Positions 13,301 through 25,090 of a stretch of 64,000 nucleotides of DNA are shown here, piece by piece (within the stretch, counting starts at the first letter, position 1; every line of letters starts with the position of its first letter). The notes under the pieces were generated by a model. It saw nothing but the letters and a program-made list of their open reading frames with translations, ran no database searches and was not told where the DNA came from. Position numbers and translations under genes: made by a program. The stretch lies in contig NC_092673.1 in assembly GCF_964355755.1 (NCBI RefSeq), positions 26,843,648 through 26,907,647 on the forward strand, given 5' to 3'. The DNA is from Antedon mediterranea (taxonomy: Eukaryota; Animalia; Echinodermata).

Positions 13301-16300
13301 ATTTATTTTTTACTTTTTACAATTTAATTTCAGATTTCATGTTTTACGCGAGTCTGAGAGCCTTGGTGACTTTGGCTCTATAGATTGGCGTCTGGCGTTG
13401 TGTTTGATGCTGGCCTGGACTATTGTATTCTTCTGTCTTATACGGGGCGTCAAGTCATCAGGAAAGGTACAGTATCAATATATTTTGATCATTACAGGAT
13501 GAAGGAGAATTTTTTATTTTCAGTCTCTGTTAATGTCTTTATGTGTCTAGTTTGCTCAGGTTCAATCTATTGATAGATTCACCAAAAAAACATTTTTTTT
13601 TTGCAAAGTGGTGATTGTTAATCATTTTTGCAAACAAACATTAATATATGAAATCTAAATTGGGTTACTACTTATTAAAGTCGCCTGGTTCGAGGGTCAA
13701 ACATTTCTTGGTGATAGTGGTTTTTCTACCTTTGACCTTTGACCTTCCAAAGTGTTCCAAAGAATCTTTTTTTTTTAAGGAATAAAAATAAATAAACAAA
13801 ACATCAAAACTACAAATATATCTTGAAATTTTTGTTTGTTTCAGGTTGTTTACTTCACAGCAACTTTCCCGTACCTTGTACTTTTTATCTTGCTCATTCG
13901 TGGTCTCACACTACCGGGATCGACAGACGGCATTTTATTTTTCATCACGCCAAGATGGGAGAAGCTGGCAGACCCGACAGTAAGTTACTAAATCATTGGT
14001 TTTGAGTGTCTAATTGTGTCCTTATGTTTGTGGTTTTTTCTCTTCTCTTGGAGCCTTAGGTTATAGTTATAGTCTTAATAGTATTGTTTCTTTCAAATCT
14101 TGTTTTGATATCTATTTTATTGGATGCATAATCCCCGACGCCATAATATTATCACATAATGTAGTCTCTTTTAATCATCTTTAATGTTTTTTACTATATT
14201 TTTGGTTGGATGCATAATCTCTGATGCCATAACATTATCACATTAAATAGTCTCTTTTAATCATCTTTAATGTTTTTTTTGTTGTTATAGGTTTGGTTGG
14301 ATGCATACTCTCCAACGCCATAACATTATCACATAATGTAGTCTCTTTTAATCATCTTTAATGTTTTTTACTATATTTTTGGTTGGATGCATAATCTCTG
14401 ATGCCATAATGTTATCACATTAAATAGTCTCTTTTAATCATCTTTAATGTTTTTTTTGTTGTTATAGGTTTGGTTGGATGCATACTCTCCGACGCCATAA
14501 CATTATCACATAATGTAGTCTCTTTTAATCATCTTTAATGTTTTTTACTATATTTTTGGTTGGATGCATAATCTCTGATGCCATAACATTATCACATTAA
14601 ATAGTCTCTTTTAATCATCTTTAATGTTTTTTTTGTTGTTATAGGTTTGGTTGGATGCATACTCTCCGACGCCATAACATTATCACATAATGTAGTCTCT
14701 TTTAATCATCTTTAATGTTTTTTACTATATTTTTGGTTGGATGCATAATCTCTGATGCCATAACATTAAAACATTAAATAGTCTCTTTTAATCATCTTTA
14801 ATGTTTTTTTACTATATTTTTGGTTGGATGCATAGTCCCCGACGCCATAACATTATCACATAATGTAGTCTCTTTTAATCATCTTTAATGTTTTTATATT
14901 CCATAGGTTTGGCTGGATGCAGCATCTCAGATATTCTTCTCATTAAGTGTTGCATGGGGTGGACTTATCACACTTTCATCATACAATCGGTTTCATAACA
15001 ACTGTTACTTGTAAGCAGTTTAAAAAATAATAAGTTATTAGTGGAGCTGTAGCTTGGTGGTTAATATGCTTTCCTTCCAATTTTTAGGTCCATGGTTCAA
15101 CATAGTTCCAGGGTTTTAACTCTTTCAACTCCAATTCCTAAGCCCCAAATAAATTATGAAATAGTTTATCCATCCTGTAATTGACGAGTTTGTGGTCACT
15201 GTTGGATGCGTATAAAATTTGAAATAAAAATGAATATGATATAATAACTGACATGCTGTACAGGGACTTTTTCATACAAGTTATCTATGGTCTCTGTATT
15301 TATTAGAAAGGGATTGAGATTCATAATATTTCTTAAGCTCTGTCTACACTATCAAAGTTTATGTGACATGTGATGTGCCTATATATAAACATGATGATGT
15401 CATATCACTATCGTATTTGGGCACATCACACTTTTTTTTTATCAAACTAGTTTGATATTGTATACAGAGCTTTACTTTAACTTGCCTAGACCATTTCGTT
15501 GCTATAATATCGCAAGCTAACAATCAGTATTTTACTGTTTTTCAGTGACGCCATCTTGATACCTATTATCAACTGCAGTACAAGTATCTTTGCTGGATTT
15601 GTTATCTTTTCCATCTTGGGTTTCATGGCTCATGAGTCTAACAGAAAAGTAGAAGATGTGGCAGATCAAGGTATAGCAGTTTTAAGCTCCATTCACACTG
15701 TGCAGCTTTAAACTCCATTCACACTGTGAAGCTTTAAACTCCATTCACACTGCACAGATAAAACAGATATAGTAAATTATTTATATAGATAATTTATATA
15801 GATAAATTGATCATGTAGTCAAATGCCTCCTTGTATATTTTACTGATTTCTTTTTTGCAGGCTTTGGTTTGGCATTTATAGCTTACCCCGAGGTAGTGGC
15901 TAGCCTGCCAGGTGCCCCTGCGTGGTCCATTCTATTCTTTGTCATGTTGCTAACTTTGGGGTTAGACACACAAGTAAGTTTTTTTTGTATTTTCAGCGTT
16001 CAAATTAGTACAGGTCTGCAGTGGCCAGTAAAAACCATGACAGGCATGTAAAACTCTTAAGTTCAGCTGATGTCATGAGATGCCATCTTCAATCTATCAA
16101 TATTGATGAATTTGGATCAGTAAAAAAACATATCTACTGACACAATAGGGCAGTTTAAAATAGCTTAAGCTCAATCTACACTATCGAACTGGTTTGACGT
16201 AAAAAGTGTGCCTAAATATGGTAGTGATATTCCTAAATATGGCAGTGATATGACATCATAATATCCATATATGGACACACATTTTTTTGACACATAAAAT

Positions 16301-19300
16301 GTGATAGTGTAGACAGAGCCTTAAGGATTACCTCTTATTTCTATCTAGCTGAAATAAAACATTTTTTATACTATAGCATGCTTTTTTTTAAATCAATGAA
16401 ATAAACGTTTACACAAGATAGAGGAAGAGAGGGAGTTAGCAACAGATTTCACTAATATTGATAGTGATGTCTACTGACAGAGTTATTAAATTTTTTTTTT
16501 TAGTTTACGATATTAGAAACAATCTGTACTGCCCTCAGCGATCACTTTCCCAAACAACTGAGAGATCGAAAGACATATGTGATGCTTGCCACGTCAATTT
16601 GTGGCTTCTTGCTTGGACTGACTTGTATAACGGAAGTAAGTATTTAAGTCACTTTGTTGCCGACATTGATTTTATAAAGGTTTTGACATCACGCGGCTGT
16701 TGAAAATAACAAACAAATGACTGTAAATTTGAATTGACAAATATAACTGTGAGAGTCCAAAATAGCTACACTTTCCACAATGTTTTCGAGGACATCAATT
16801 GGCTGGCAACAAATTGTTATGACGAATAATAAGTAATTTAAGTTATCTTGTATCCGACTCGAGGACATTTCATTTCTTCTTTCCTTTTTGACATTGTGCA
16901 GTGAATACCTACATTATTGTTATATAATTAAAACTACTGTACTACAAGTTTTTTTCCTACTCTGATGTAATTAGTGCATTGAGAACCCTTTGCAAAAATA
17001 ATGTACAAGTAATTCATTCATTCATTGACATTTATTCATTTATTTGAAACAGTCACTCCAAGAAAAATCAACAAGCATACAGTTATTGGTAATAATAATT
17101 CTTGGGTATGACTTAAACCTATAACTTCCACCATACTTCTAGACCACCAATCTTGCGTTTATTCGAGGGAGATGTTTTTTTGGGTGTAATATGGTAACAT
17201 GTATAATCAAATAAATATTAGATATGAAAAAATAAAAGTGATAAATACAGTATTGTTATTGTATCAAAATTATTGGAAAATTGTAAATCATGTCAATCAA
17301 TGAATTCTACTACAAATAGAAAAGTGTAGTAATACAATATGTTGTGTGTATGCATGTGGCGGGCGGTTTATTTGAGGAAATAAATAAAGGCCATGGGGGC
17401 GTTCATTCAAAGCAGGCGTTTATTCGAAAAAACATGGTAAGTACATGCACATAAAAATGGATTTTTAATAAGCATTTACAGATATGACAGACACTTATTT
17501 TCTTTTTAAGGCTGGACCGTGGTGGGTGTCACTCCTGGACAGCTATGGCGCTGGATTTGTACTCGTTATATTTGGTCTTTTGGAATGTGTTGCTATTGGA
17601 TGGATCTATGGATTTAAGAGATTCACAAGTGACATAGCAACCATGATTGGTGACAAACATGTTGATACGAATATATTTAAAGTGTGGCACCTTTTCTGGG
17701 TTATCATAACTCCTTTTATGTTGGCTGTAAGTGTAAAGTGTGTTTTCTATTTTTAATAATAATGTTGTTCTTATATAGCTCTTATAAGCTCAAAGCCTCT
17801 AATGGCTTTACATTATTAACCCAATCATTTTGGCTGAAACATGGAAACATACTTTCATAATGTTGCTGCTTTCTCCATCTATAAATTGGATGACTGTATG
17901 TCAGTATGAATGCTAGTTGACCATAGCCCAATATCTGATCTCACATCCATCCTATTGTCACTTCAGACAGACTTTCTTTATCTGTACCTCTATGACTGGT
18001 TGATAACATGAATGCTAGTTGACCATAGTCCAATATCTTATCTCACATCCATCCTATTGTCACCCCAGACAGACTTTCTTTATATGTACCTCTATGACTG
18101 GTTGATAACATGAATGCTAGTTGACCATAGCCCAATATCTTATCTCACATCCATCCTATTGTCACCCCAGACAGACTTTCTTTATATGTACTTCTATGAC
18201 TGGTTGATAACATGAATGCTAGTTGACCATAGCCCAATATCTTATCTCACATCCATCCTATCGTCACCTCAGACTTCTATGACTGATTGAGAACATGAAT
18301 ACAAATTAATCATGTTTATCATGATTAATCTGCTAAACATTCTTCTCTGTTGAATTCTTAAGCCCTGTCTACACTATTGCTTGCTTGATTATTTTTTTCC
18401 GCCTAAAAACTACTCCTCTTTCTCCTCCTCAAATCTATTATTACATATTAAATTTTTGGTTGTAAATGTGATTAATAAGTGATTTAAGCTCTATCTCCAG
18501 TATCAAACTAGTTTGACAAAAAAGTGTGATGTGCCCAAATATGGTAGTGCTATGACACCATCAGGTCCATATACGAGCACATCACATTTTGTTGTCGCAT
18601 AAAGTTTTATAGTGTAGACAGAGATTAAGAAAACATATTTGGTATTGATTGCTCATTGCAAGGTTAAATGTTATGTGCGTGAGTGTGAACATGCTTTACC
18701 GGTTAAATGTACTAACTGTTGGTGATTCACCTCAAGCTAGCTGAGACGATGTACTTTAAAGCTCAACCATGCAGACCTTATTTCCTGACTTTTAAAACAC
18801 TTCTTTACTATAAACTGCTTCTTTCAATCTCAATTAAAAATGTAAAACTTTGAATTGAACACATGATTTTAAAGTTCTGACAAAAACACAACAGACAAAT
18901 GTTGACCTACTGTCCGCATTTCTTTTTTTGTGGGCGGGCCAGTAAAATTTGTTGAAATAGTTTAAAATGATGTTACTGCTATAAGAAAAGTTTGACCGAG
19001 ATTTATAAAAAATTAGTCACTTTAAAACATTCATATTTTAGAAGTTTAAGTTCGGAATTTTTTAATTTATTTGTTTTATTGTTCGGTCAAAGTATTTAAA
19101 ATTCTTCTGTTCACTAATACTCTGTTTACACTATCAAACTTTATGTGATAAACAAATGTGATTACCCATGGACATGATGATGTCGTATCACTACCATATT
19201 TAAACATACCACTACCATATTTGGCCACATCAATACTAGTTTGAATTAGCATAGTTTTTGTACTAGTTTAGCACTAGTTTGAATTAAGCATAGTTTTTGT

Positions 19301-21088
19301 TACATCTAAATGTGACTTTAAATCAACATTCAATTCATTAAGGGCCTATTAGCTAGAAGCTTGGCCTATATACCAGGGAATACTGATTCAGTTTGCCTGG
19401 GAATCAAGTAAACAAATAATGCAAAATATTCCATGTTACAAAAATATTTGTCATATTTTTACTGCAGTAATGCTCTATTTTTGTTACCACTTTAATATTG
19501 TTGTGTTTTTAGTTTGTTTGATTATTTTTTTCCGCCTAAAAACTACTCCTCTTTCTCCTCCTCAAATCTATTATTACATATTTAATTTTTTGGTTGTAAA
19601 TGTGATTAATAAGTGATTTAAGCTCCAGTATCAAACTAGTTTGACAAAAAAGTGTGGTGTGCCCAAATATGGTAGTGCTATGACACCATCAGGTCCATAT
19701 ACGAGCACATCACATTTTGTTGTCGCATAAAGTTTTATAGTGTAGACAGAGATTAAGAAAACATATTTGGTATTGATTGCTCATTGCAAGGTTAAATGTT
19801 ATGTGCGTGAGTGTGAACATGCTTTACCAGTTAAATGTACTAACTGTTGGTGATTCACCTCAAGCTAGTTGAGACGATGTACTTAAGCTCAACCATGCAG
19901 ACCTTATTTCCTGACTTTTAAAAGACTTCTTTACTATAAACTGCTTCTTTCAAGCTCAATTAAAAATGTAAAACTTTGAACACATGATTTTAAAGTTCTG
20001 ACAAAAACACAACAGACAAATGTTGACCTACTGTCCGCATTTCTTTTTTTGTGGGCGGGCCAGTAAAATTTGTTGAAATAGTTTAAAAGGATGTTACTGC
20101 TATAAGGAAAGTTTGACCGAGATTTATAAAAAATTAGTCACTTTAAAACATTCATATTTTAGAAGTTTAAGTTCTGAATTTTTTAATTTATTTGTTTTAT
20201 TGTTCAGTCAAAGTATTTAAAATTCTTCTGTTCACTAATACTCTGTTTACACTATCAAACTTTATGTGATAAACAAATGTGATTACCCATGGACATGATG
20301 ATGTCGTATCACTACCATATTTTAAACATACCACTACCATATTTGGCCACATCAATACTAGTTTGATAGTGTAGACAGAGCTTAAGCATAGTTTTTGTTA
20401 CATCTAAATGTGGCTTTAAATCAACATTCAATTCATTAAGGGCCTATTAGCTAGAAGCTTGGCCTATATACCAGGGAATACTGATTCAGTTTGCCTGGGA
20501 ATCAAGTAAACAAATAATGCAAAATATTCCATGTTACAAAAATATTTGTCATATTTTTACTGCAGTAATGCTCTATTTTTGTTACCACTAATATTGTTGT
20601 GTTTTTAGTTTGTTCTTTTATTTAATTGGATCAACTGGAAAGAGCCTACTTACAGTGAAATGCCGTTCCCAGCTTGGGGCGTGGCTATTGGTTGGCTTAT
20701 CGTTAGTAGCATTATTCTTTGGGTTCCAGCTATCTGGATTTTTGAAATTGCGACATCAAAAGGAACATTTCAGGAGGTAAGTGGCAAGAAAAACAACAAT
20801 CAACATATTCCCTGTCCATTTAATGTATTAGTGTGTTGAAATATTTTATATTATAATCAAATACACTAATTGCCATTCTTTTGATTATATTATATCTTTT
20901 AGCGAGTATTACAAATGCTACAACCAGCACCTAAATGGGGACCAGCTTTGCATAAACACAGATTGGAAGCGGATGAGGTTCACAGAAATCGTGGCACCAG
21001 CATGGGTGGCATCATAACTCAACGTCACGCTATCAACGACGACTTTGTGGTCACTGAAGAACAGAAGGTTCCACTTCAGGATGCATAA
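7356..21088 (+). CDS. SLC6 family Na+/Cl--dependent amino-acid transporter, glycine transporter (GlyT2/SLC6A5, GlyT1/SLC6A9, ATB0,+) branch; paralog 1, 650 aa
   Basis: Coding exons 7356-7521, 9366-9497, 10870-11212, 13334-13466, 13845-13979, 14907-15010, 15546-15670, 15861-15973, 16504-16635, 17511-17726, 20609-20776, 20903-21088. All introns GT-AG; total 1953 nt, one open frame ending TAA. SLC6 signatures: [99 protein letters not shown]. An acceptor at 7349 implies an unlocated upstream exon, so the N-terminus could be longer. Confidence 0.93.
9848..10028 (-). mobile_element. tRNA-derived SINE (same family as 15043-15210)
   Basis: Reverse complement begins GAGCTGTAGCTTGGTGGTTAA..., with GGTTCAATC B-box; matches the + strand copy at 15043. 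Confidence 0.65.
10642..10869. repeat. 3 x ~76-bp tandem repeat abutting the acceptor of paralog 1 exon 10870
   Basis: Units start at ~10642, 10718 and 10794 (gtgtcctggtgg...aatatct); the last runs into ttttag|. Confidence 0.85.
11945..12255. repeat. Diverged ~180-bp tandem duplication
   Basis: aaacaag(t/c)agttatattttgtatattgac...ttcaggaaa(a/g)ttatggtaaa... occurs twice. Confidence 0.65.
14115..14906. repeat. Minisatellite of ~88-bp units (dimeric ~177-bp period) containing copies of the downstream splice acceptor and exon start
   Basis: About 9 units; tatag|gtttggttggatgca at 14290, 14467 and 14644 versus the real catag|gtttggctggatgca at 14906. Confidence 0.9.
15043..15210 (+). mobile_element. 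tRNA-derived SINE
   Basis: GGAGCTGTAGCTTGGTGGTTAA A-box region, GGTTCAAC B-box-like; homologous to 9848-10028. Confidence 0.65.
15336..15471. mobile_element. Representative of an abundant ~140-170 bp MITE family (TIR AGCTCTGTCTACACTATCAAAC), PIF/Harbinger-like
   Basis: TTA flanks this copy on both sides. Other copies at ~231-353, 2458-2598, 16167-16321, 18486-18626, 19120-19245, 19620-19755, 20240-20383, 21177-21316, 31773-31930, 33592-33725, 34543-34698, 36817-36973, 45701-45920, 48243-48380. Confidence 0.8.
15688..15752. repeat. 3 x ~25-bp tandem repeat just after a splice donor
   Basis: ctccattcacactg repeated three times ~18 nt after the donor at 15670. Confidence 0.7.
17906..18300. repeat. 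~4 x ~101-bp tandem repeat
   Basis: atgaatgctagttgaccatag...ctatgactggttgataac recurs at ~17906, 18008, 18110 and 18212. Confidence 0.85.
18385..20614. repeat. ~1.1-kb intronic tandem duplication
   Basis: 18385-19517 is near-identical to 19518-20614, including two MITE copies in each; the second copy ends 6 nt inside exon 20609. Confidence 0.9.
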
Positions 21089-22288
21089 GTAAAGGTGTGT
21101 TCGCACTGCATCCAAATCGACAACCAAAATCGGAGTCTGTGTGAATTTATTGGAAGCTATAACAAAACTAAAACTAAAGCTCTGTCACACTATCAAACTA
21201 GTTCGACAAAAAAAGTGTGGTGTGCCCGAATATGGTAGTGATATGTTTAAATATGGTATATGTCCATATATTGGTACATTTTTTTTGTCATATAGGTTGA
21301 TAGTGTAGACAGAGCTTTAGAGAGACTTGATAAATCTGATAAAGTTAATATACATTCACACACTATTCAACCTGTCTGTGGAGTTAGTGGTTTTATTCAT
21401 ACTGTACTAAAATTAGGTTCAGTAATGTTGGAAAGATTATAGCTTCATTGAATGTACAGTCAACTATCCCAATACTAGAAAGACTGGCCTAATGTGTCTG
21501 GCTTGGACCTCAAGTCTGGTTTTGTGAGGGCAAACTGTATTACCTGTACAACTCCAAATACACCTAAAAGGTCAAATAAAATATGGAATAGTGAGAGGGT
21601 ACAAACAAATGGCCTGTTTACAAGATACTGTAGGTTAATCTGGATTTGATCAAATTGGTGTTTATTAAAATAAGTATGCAATGTCTGGCTGTTTCAGGGT
21701 ATGGTTTATCATAATACAAATGCTGCTCATCTCTCAACTGTTATTAGATAGTGACAATGCAATTGTATTCAGATTTTAATATGTAAAGAAAGCATATTTA
21801 TACTTTATATTTAATTACTATATAATGTGTAAATTAAGGATTGTAGTTCTATCGTGTGACTTATTCCCTGCTAAAGTAAACACATAACCTACACATACAT
21901 GCCCACCCTGGAGTATAACCTGACCCTCATATACTCAGGGAGAAAAAAAATATACTCTATATATAATATTCCCTCCATGATACTGTATACTTTAGTTTTC
22001 TGTCCCACTACATTTTAGTACATAGGTGTAACCTACACCCGTACCCCAAATATAAGTTGAGTGGGCTTATTCCTGAGACTTACTGGTACATTTATATATT
22101 ATATGATAGTACAAATGCTGCGTATCATGATGTTATATAATAGCTTTAGTGAACAAACATTCAGTGTATCAATATGTATCAGTACTTGTGTCATACTTGC
22201 CAGTTAAGCTATTGTAGATAGTGAAATATTAAACATTGTAGTTGGTTTGTACTGTAAGTAAGCTGATCTTAAACAACAGTATATCAGA

Positions 22289-22294
22289 AATAAA
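22289..22294 (+). promoter_or_regulatory. Candidate polyadenylation signal of paralog 1
   Basis: AATAAA ~1.2 kb after the stop codon, followed by a T-rich tract; no transcript evidence. Confidence 0.3.
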
Positions 22295-22731
22295 TCGAAA
22301 ACATTTCTCTTTAATATTTATTTTGCAATATTGAAAGTAAGATTAAACACAATATTTGTGACAGTGGCGTAACGGCTATAAGCCCTCGAAAAAAAGCTAA
22401 AAATGCCCAAGTATTTACATACAATGATATAAATTATAATCTAAGGCACAGTGATACACATCTATTCATCCCGAAGCCAAAAACCGATTTTAAAAAACGA
22501 AGTCTGTCTTATCGTGGAACAATTATATGGAATAGTCTCAATGTTGATACCCTTCCAAATTCAGTTAAGTTGTTTAAAGCGTATCTGAAAAATGCATTGT
22601 AAAACATAATGGTATGGTAATCTACGATGGTGTACATCCAACTTTTAAAATGGCTAATACTATATAAAATGTATGTTTTATCACTAATTTATTTTAAGGT
22701 AAATGAAATCAAAAAGATTTATTATGTATTA

Positions 22732-22839
22732 CAGTAGAATCCCCATAAATTATACACTTCGATAAGGGTTTCCGTTTACACGGGAAGTACCGGTATGGTG
22801 TACCCTAAATAGAGGTGTCTGATGAAGGGGATTCTGCTG
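22732..22839. mobile_element. Small pogo/Tigger-like MITE remnant
   Basis: TA|CAGTAGAATCCCC ... GGGGATTCTGCTG|TA. Confidence 0.55.
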
Positions 22840-24035
22840 TAATTTTGTTTCTTTTCAATTTCAATTTTTTCGTTTCTGTCATATTTATATGGTGTTTATT
22901 TTTTTTTGTAATACAGTATCACGAACTTGTGTAAAAACAATCAATATTGATTGAACGAGTTGTACTGCACATCAGTCTCGTGTCTAAATAAAGTTTATAT
23001 ATATAAGGCTCCAGCGTTGAAGGGCCACTTACTGTTCAAATCCAGGGGCCTTAGACCTCTATGTTACAAAAACTTGTGGTAAACCTAGGCCGGGGTTGTT
23101 TTGTATAGAAAGTGGTGTTTAGGGAAATGAGGTTCTTCGGGTAACTGTGTTGTACAGAAAGGGGTTGGGGCAAGGGGACAGATTTTGTCTTTAAACTTCT
23201 TACAGAAAAGAGTAGGTTGAGTGGGGGAAAGAATGATCAATGTGTATTGTTGTTTTCTGTAGAGAAAGGAGTGGTTAGTGTGGAGTAGGGGAGGGAGGGG
23301 GATGATGGGTAAGCTGTTCCATCTGTTTAACTTTATACCGAAGAATAGATGGTTAAGAGGTTGAACTCGATTTCTTTATAACTGTATATTATGTAAATTA
23401 AATTTTGTTTTTCTAGTAATTTTGTATATTTTAAGTTTTTTCTTCACAATACAATCAAATATTTGATTTAAAAAATTTGGTAATAGTTTTAATCAAAACC
23501 AATTTTAAATAATTTGTTATTTATATTCTGTATGCATTTACAAAAGTACTTGGATATTCAGGTATTTAATTTAGACATGATAGATAAAACAAACCACAGG
23601 ACATAGAATACATCATTATACATTATACATTCCTTATCCTAAAGATGAATAATAAATCAGGAATCGCTCATAATCGGTTTTTATCCGACTTAAAATATGA
23701 ATGTAGTCTTTGTAAGTAAACATAGCTATTATGTTTTTAGCAACTTTGTTTAGTACTGGTAAAAAAAAAAGCATTTTAAAAGAAGCACCCAAGGCGGGCA
23801 AACTGACGCCTGCTTTGCAATTTTTCAATTTAATACGGGATAATAGAATTCAACAAATGACAGATTTTTGTGCTTTTAGATGAGACATTTTACATCTGTG
23901 ATATATTGGGAATTTTTAGTTGTTATATTTGGCTCTTGTTCAATAAATAGTAATGATTATTGGCATACCTTATCATTGCACTCAGAGTAAATGGTGAAAG
24001 AATAATTGCAGTTGTAAAATTATCAAAAATCTTAA

Positions 24036-24277
24036 AGGAATATTGTCCCTCTGAAAAATGAAGATAAATAAAATCAAAACCATTTTGCAGTTATAATAAT
24101 TTATTCACTTCTGTAGAAAAAAAACCAACAAATTTCACTTCATTAAAGACAAAATAAAAGGTTTAACCAAAATCCCAATTTGACAATTTTATTGCTTTAA
24201 ATTACCGCAAATTTTTAAAATGGCATATTCAACCAAAAAAATTATAAATAATTTTTTTTCAGAGGGACAATATATCT
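24036..24277. mobile_element. MITE with TTAA target duplication (Kolobok-like)
   Basis: TTAA|AGGAATATTGTCCCTCTGAAAAA ... TTTTTCAGAGGGACAATATATCT|TTAA. Confidence 0.75.
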
Positions 24278-24687
24278 TTAAGTAAGAACTGTTAATACTT
24301 ATGCCTAGAAGTAATAGTCAAAACCTGTACAAAATGATTATTTTAAGATCACTTTTACATATGTTAAGCACAAACAATGTTAATTTATTCCAGTGATACT
24401 GGATTATTTAATAAATAGTAAAGCAGTATAACCACATTTGTGTAGAGTACAGCCTATTTTTTGCTTTGCTCCACATTGAAACCAAATTGAACATTGCATG
24501 CATTTGAACTTTATGTGTTTTTTTTAGGTCAGTTTGCTATTATGAGTCACACTGCCCCAAAATGTTGCTATATTTAGGAATGTGTGTTAATTATTAAACG
24601 ATTTATAGCTAGACATGATGTGCCAATGATAATTTTTTTTTCTGTCAACAGTATAGTAACCCAGTTCATTAATCTGTACACTTGCCC

Positions 24688-25090
24688 CAAGTGAGTGTGG
24701 CCGAGCGGTTAAGACAGTGGAACCGTAATCCATGGCCATAACATCGGCAAGGGTTCGAGGCTCACTCGCTCCATGGTTCTGAGCGTAGAACAAGTCTTCT
24801 CGGATAAGGACTATAAACCGTAGGTCCAGTGTACATCTGGCTTATGTGCACTTTAAAGAACCTAGTACATCTTTCGAAACGAGTAGTAGGTTACCCCTGT
24901 GTACTAGTTCATACATACACACTGTCGTGGACAGACGTAATGGCGCCGTAGTTGGCTGCCGATGACACAATGTGACCTTTATTTCTTTGTTGAAAAGATG
25001 TAAAATCTAAGTCCACAGTGCCTTTGATCACTAATTGTTGCTGGAATTGGCGCTTTACAAATTACGTATATATTATTAATATTATTATTT
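24688..25090 (+). mobile_element. tRNA-derived SINE with Deu/Nin-like central domain
   Basis: TGGCCGAGCGG A-box, GGTTCGAGGC B-box, CGGATAAGGACTATAAACCGTAGGTCC...GCACTTTAAAGAACC core, GGCGCTTTACAAAT + (TAT)n tail. Confidence 0.75.

Noticed and set aside
14115-14906. Repeat array as CRISPR or as real duplicated exons
   Set aside because: No unique spacers; decoy copies hit a stop after 10 codons and show no matching donor site.
24688-24780. tRNA gene (also 3212, 15043)
   Set aside because: A/B boxes are present, but no intact cloverleaf and each is followed by a SINE body and tail.
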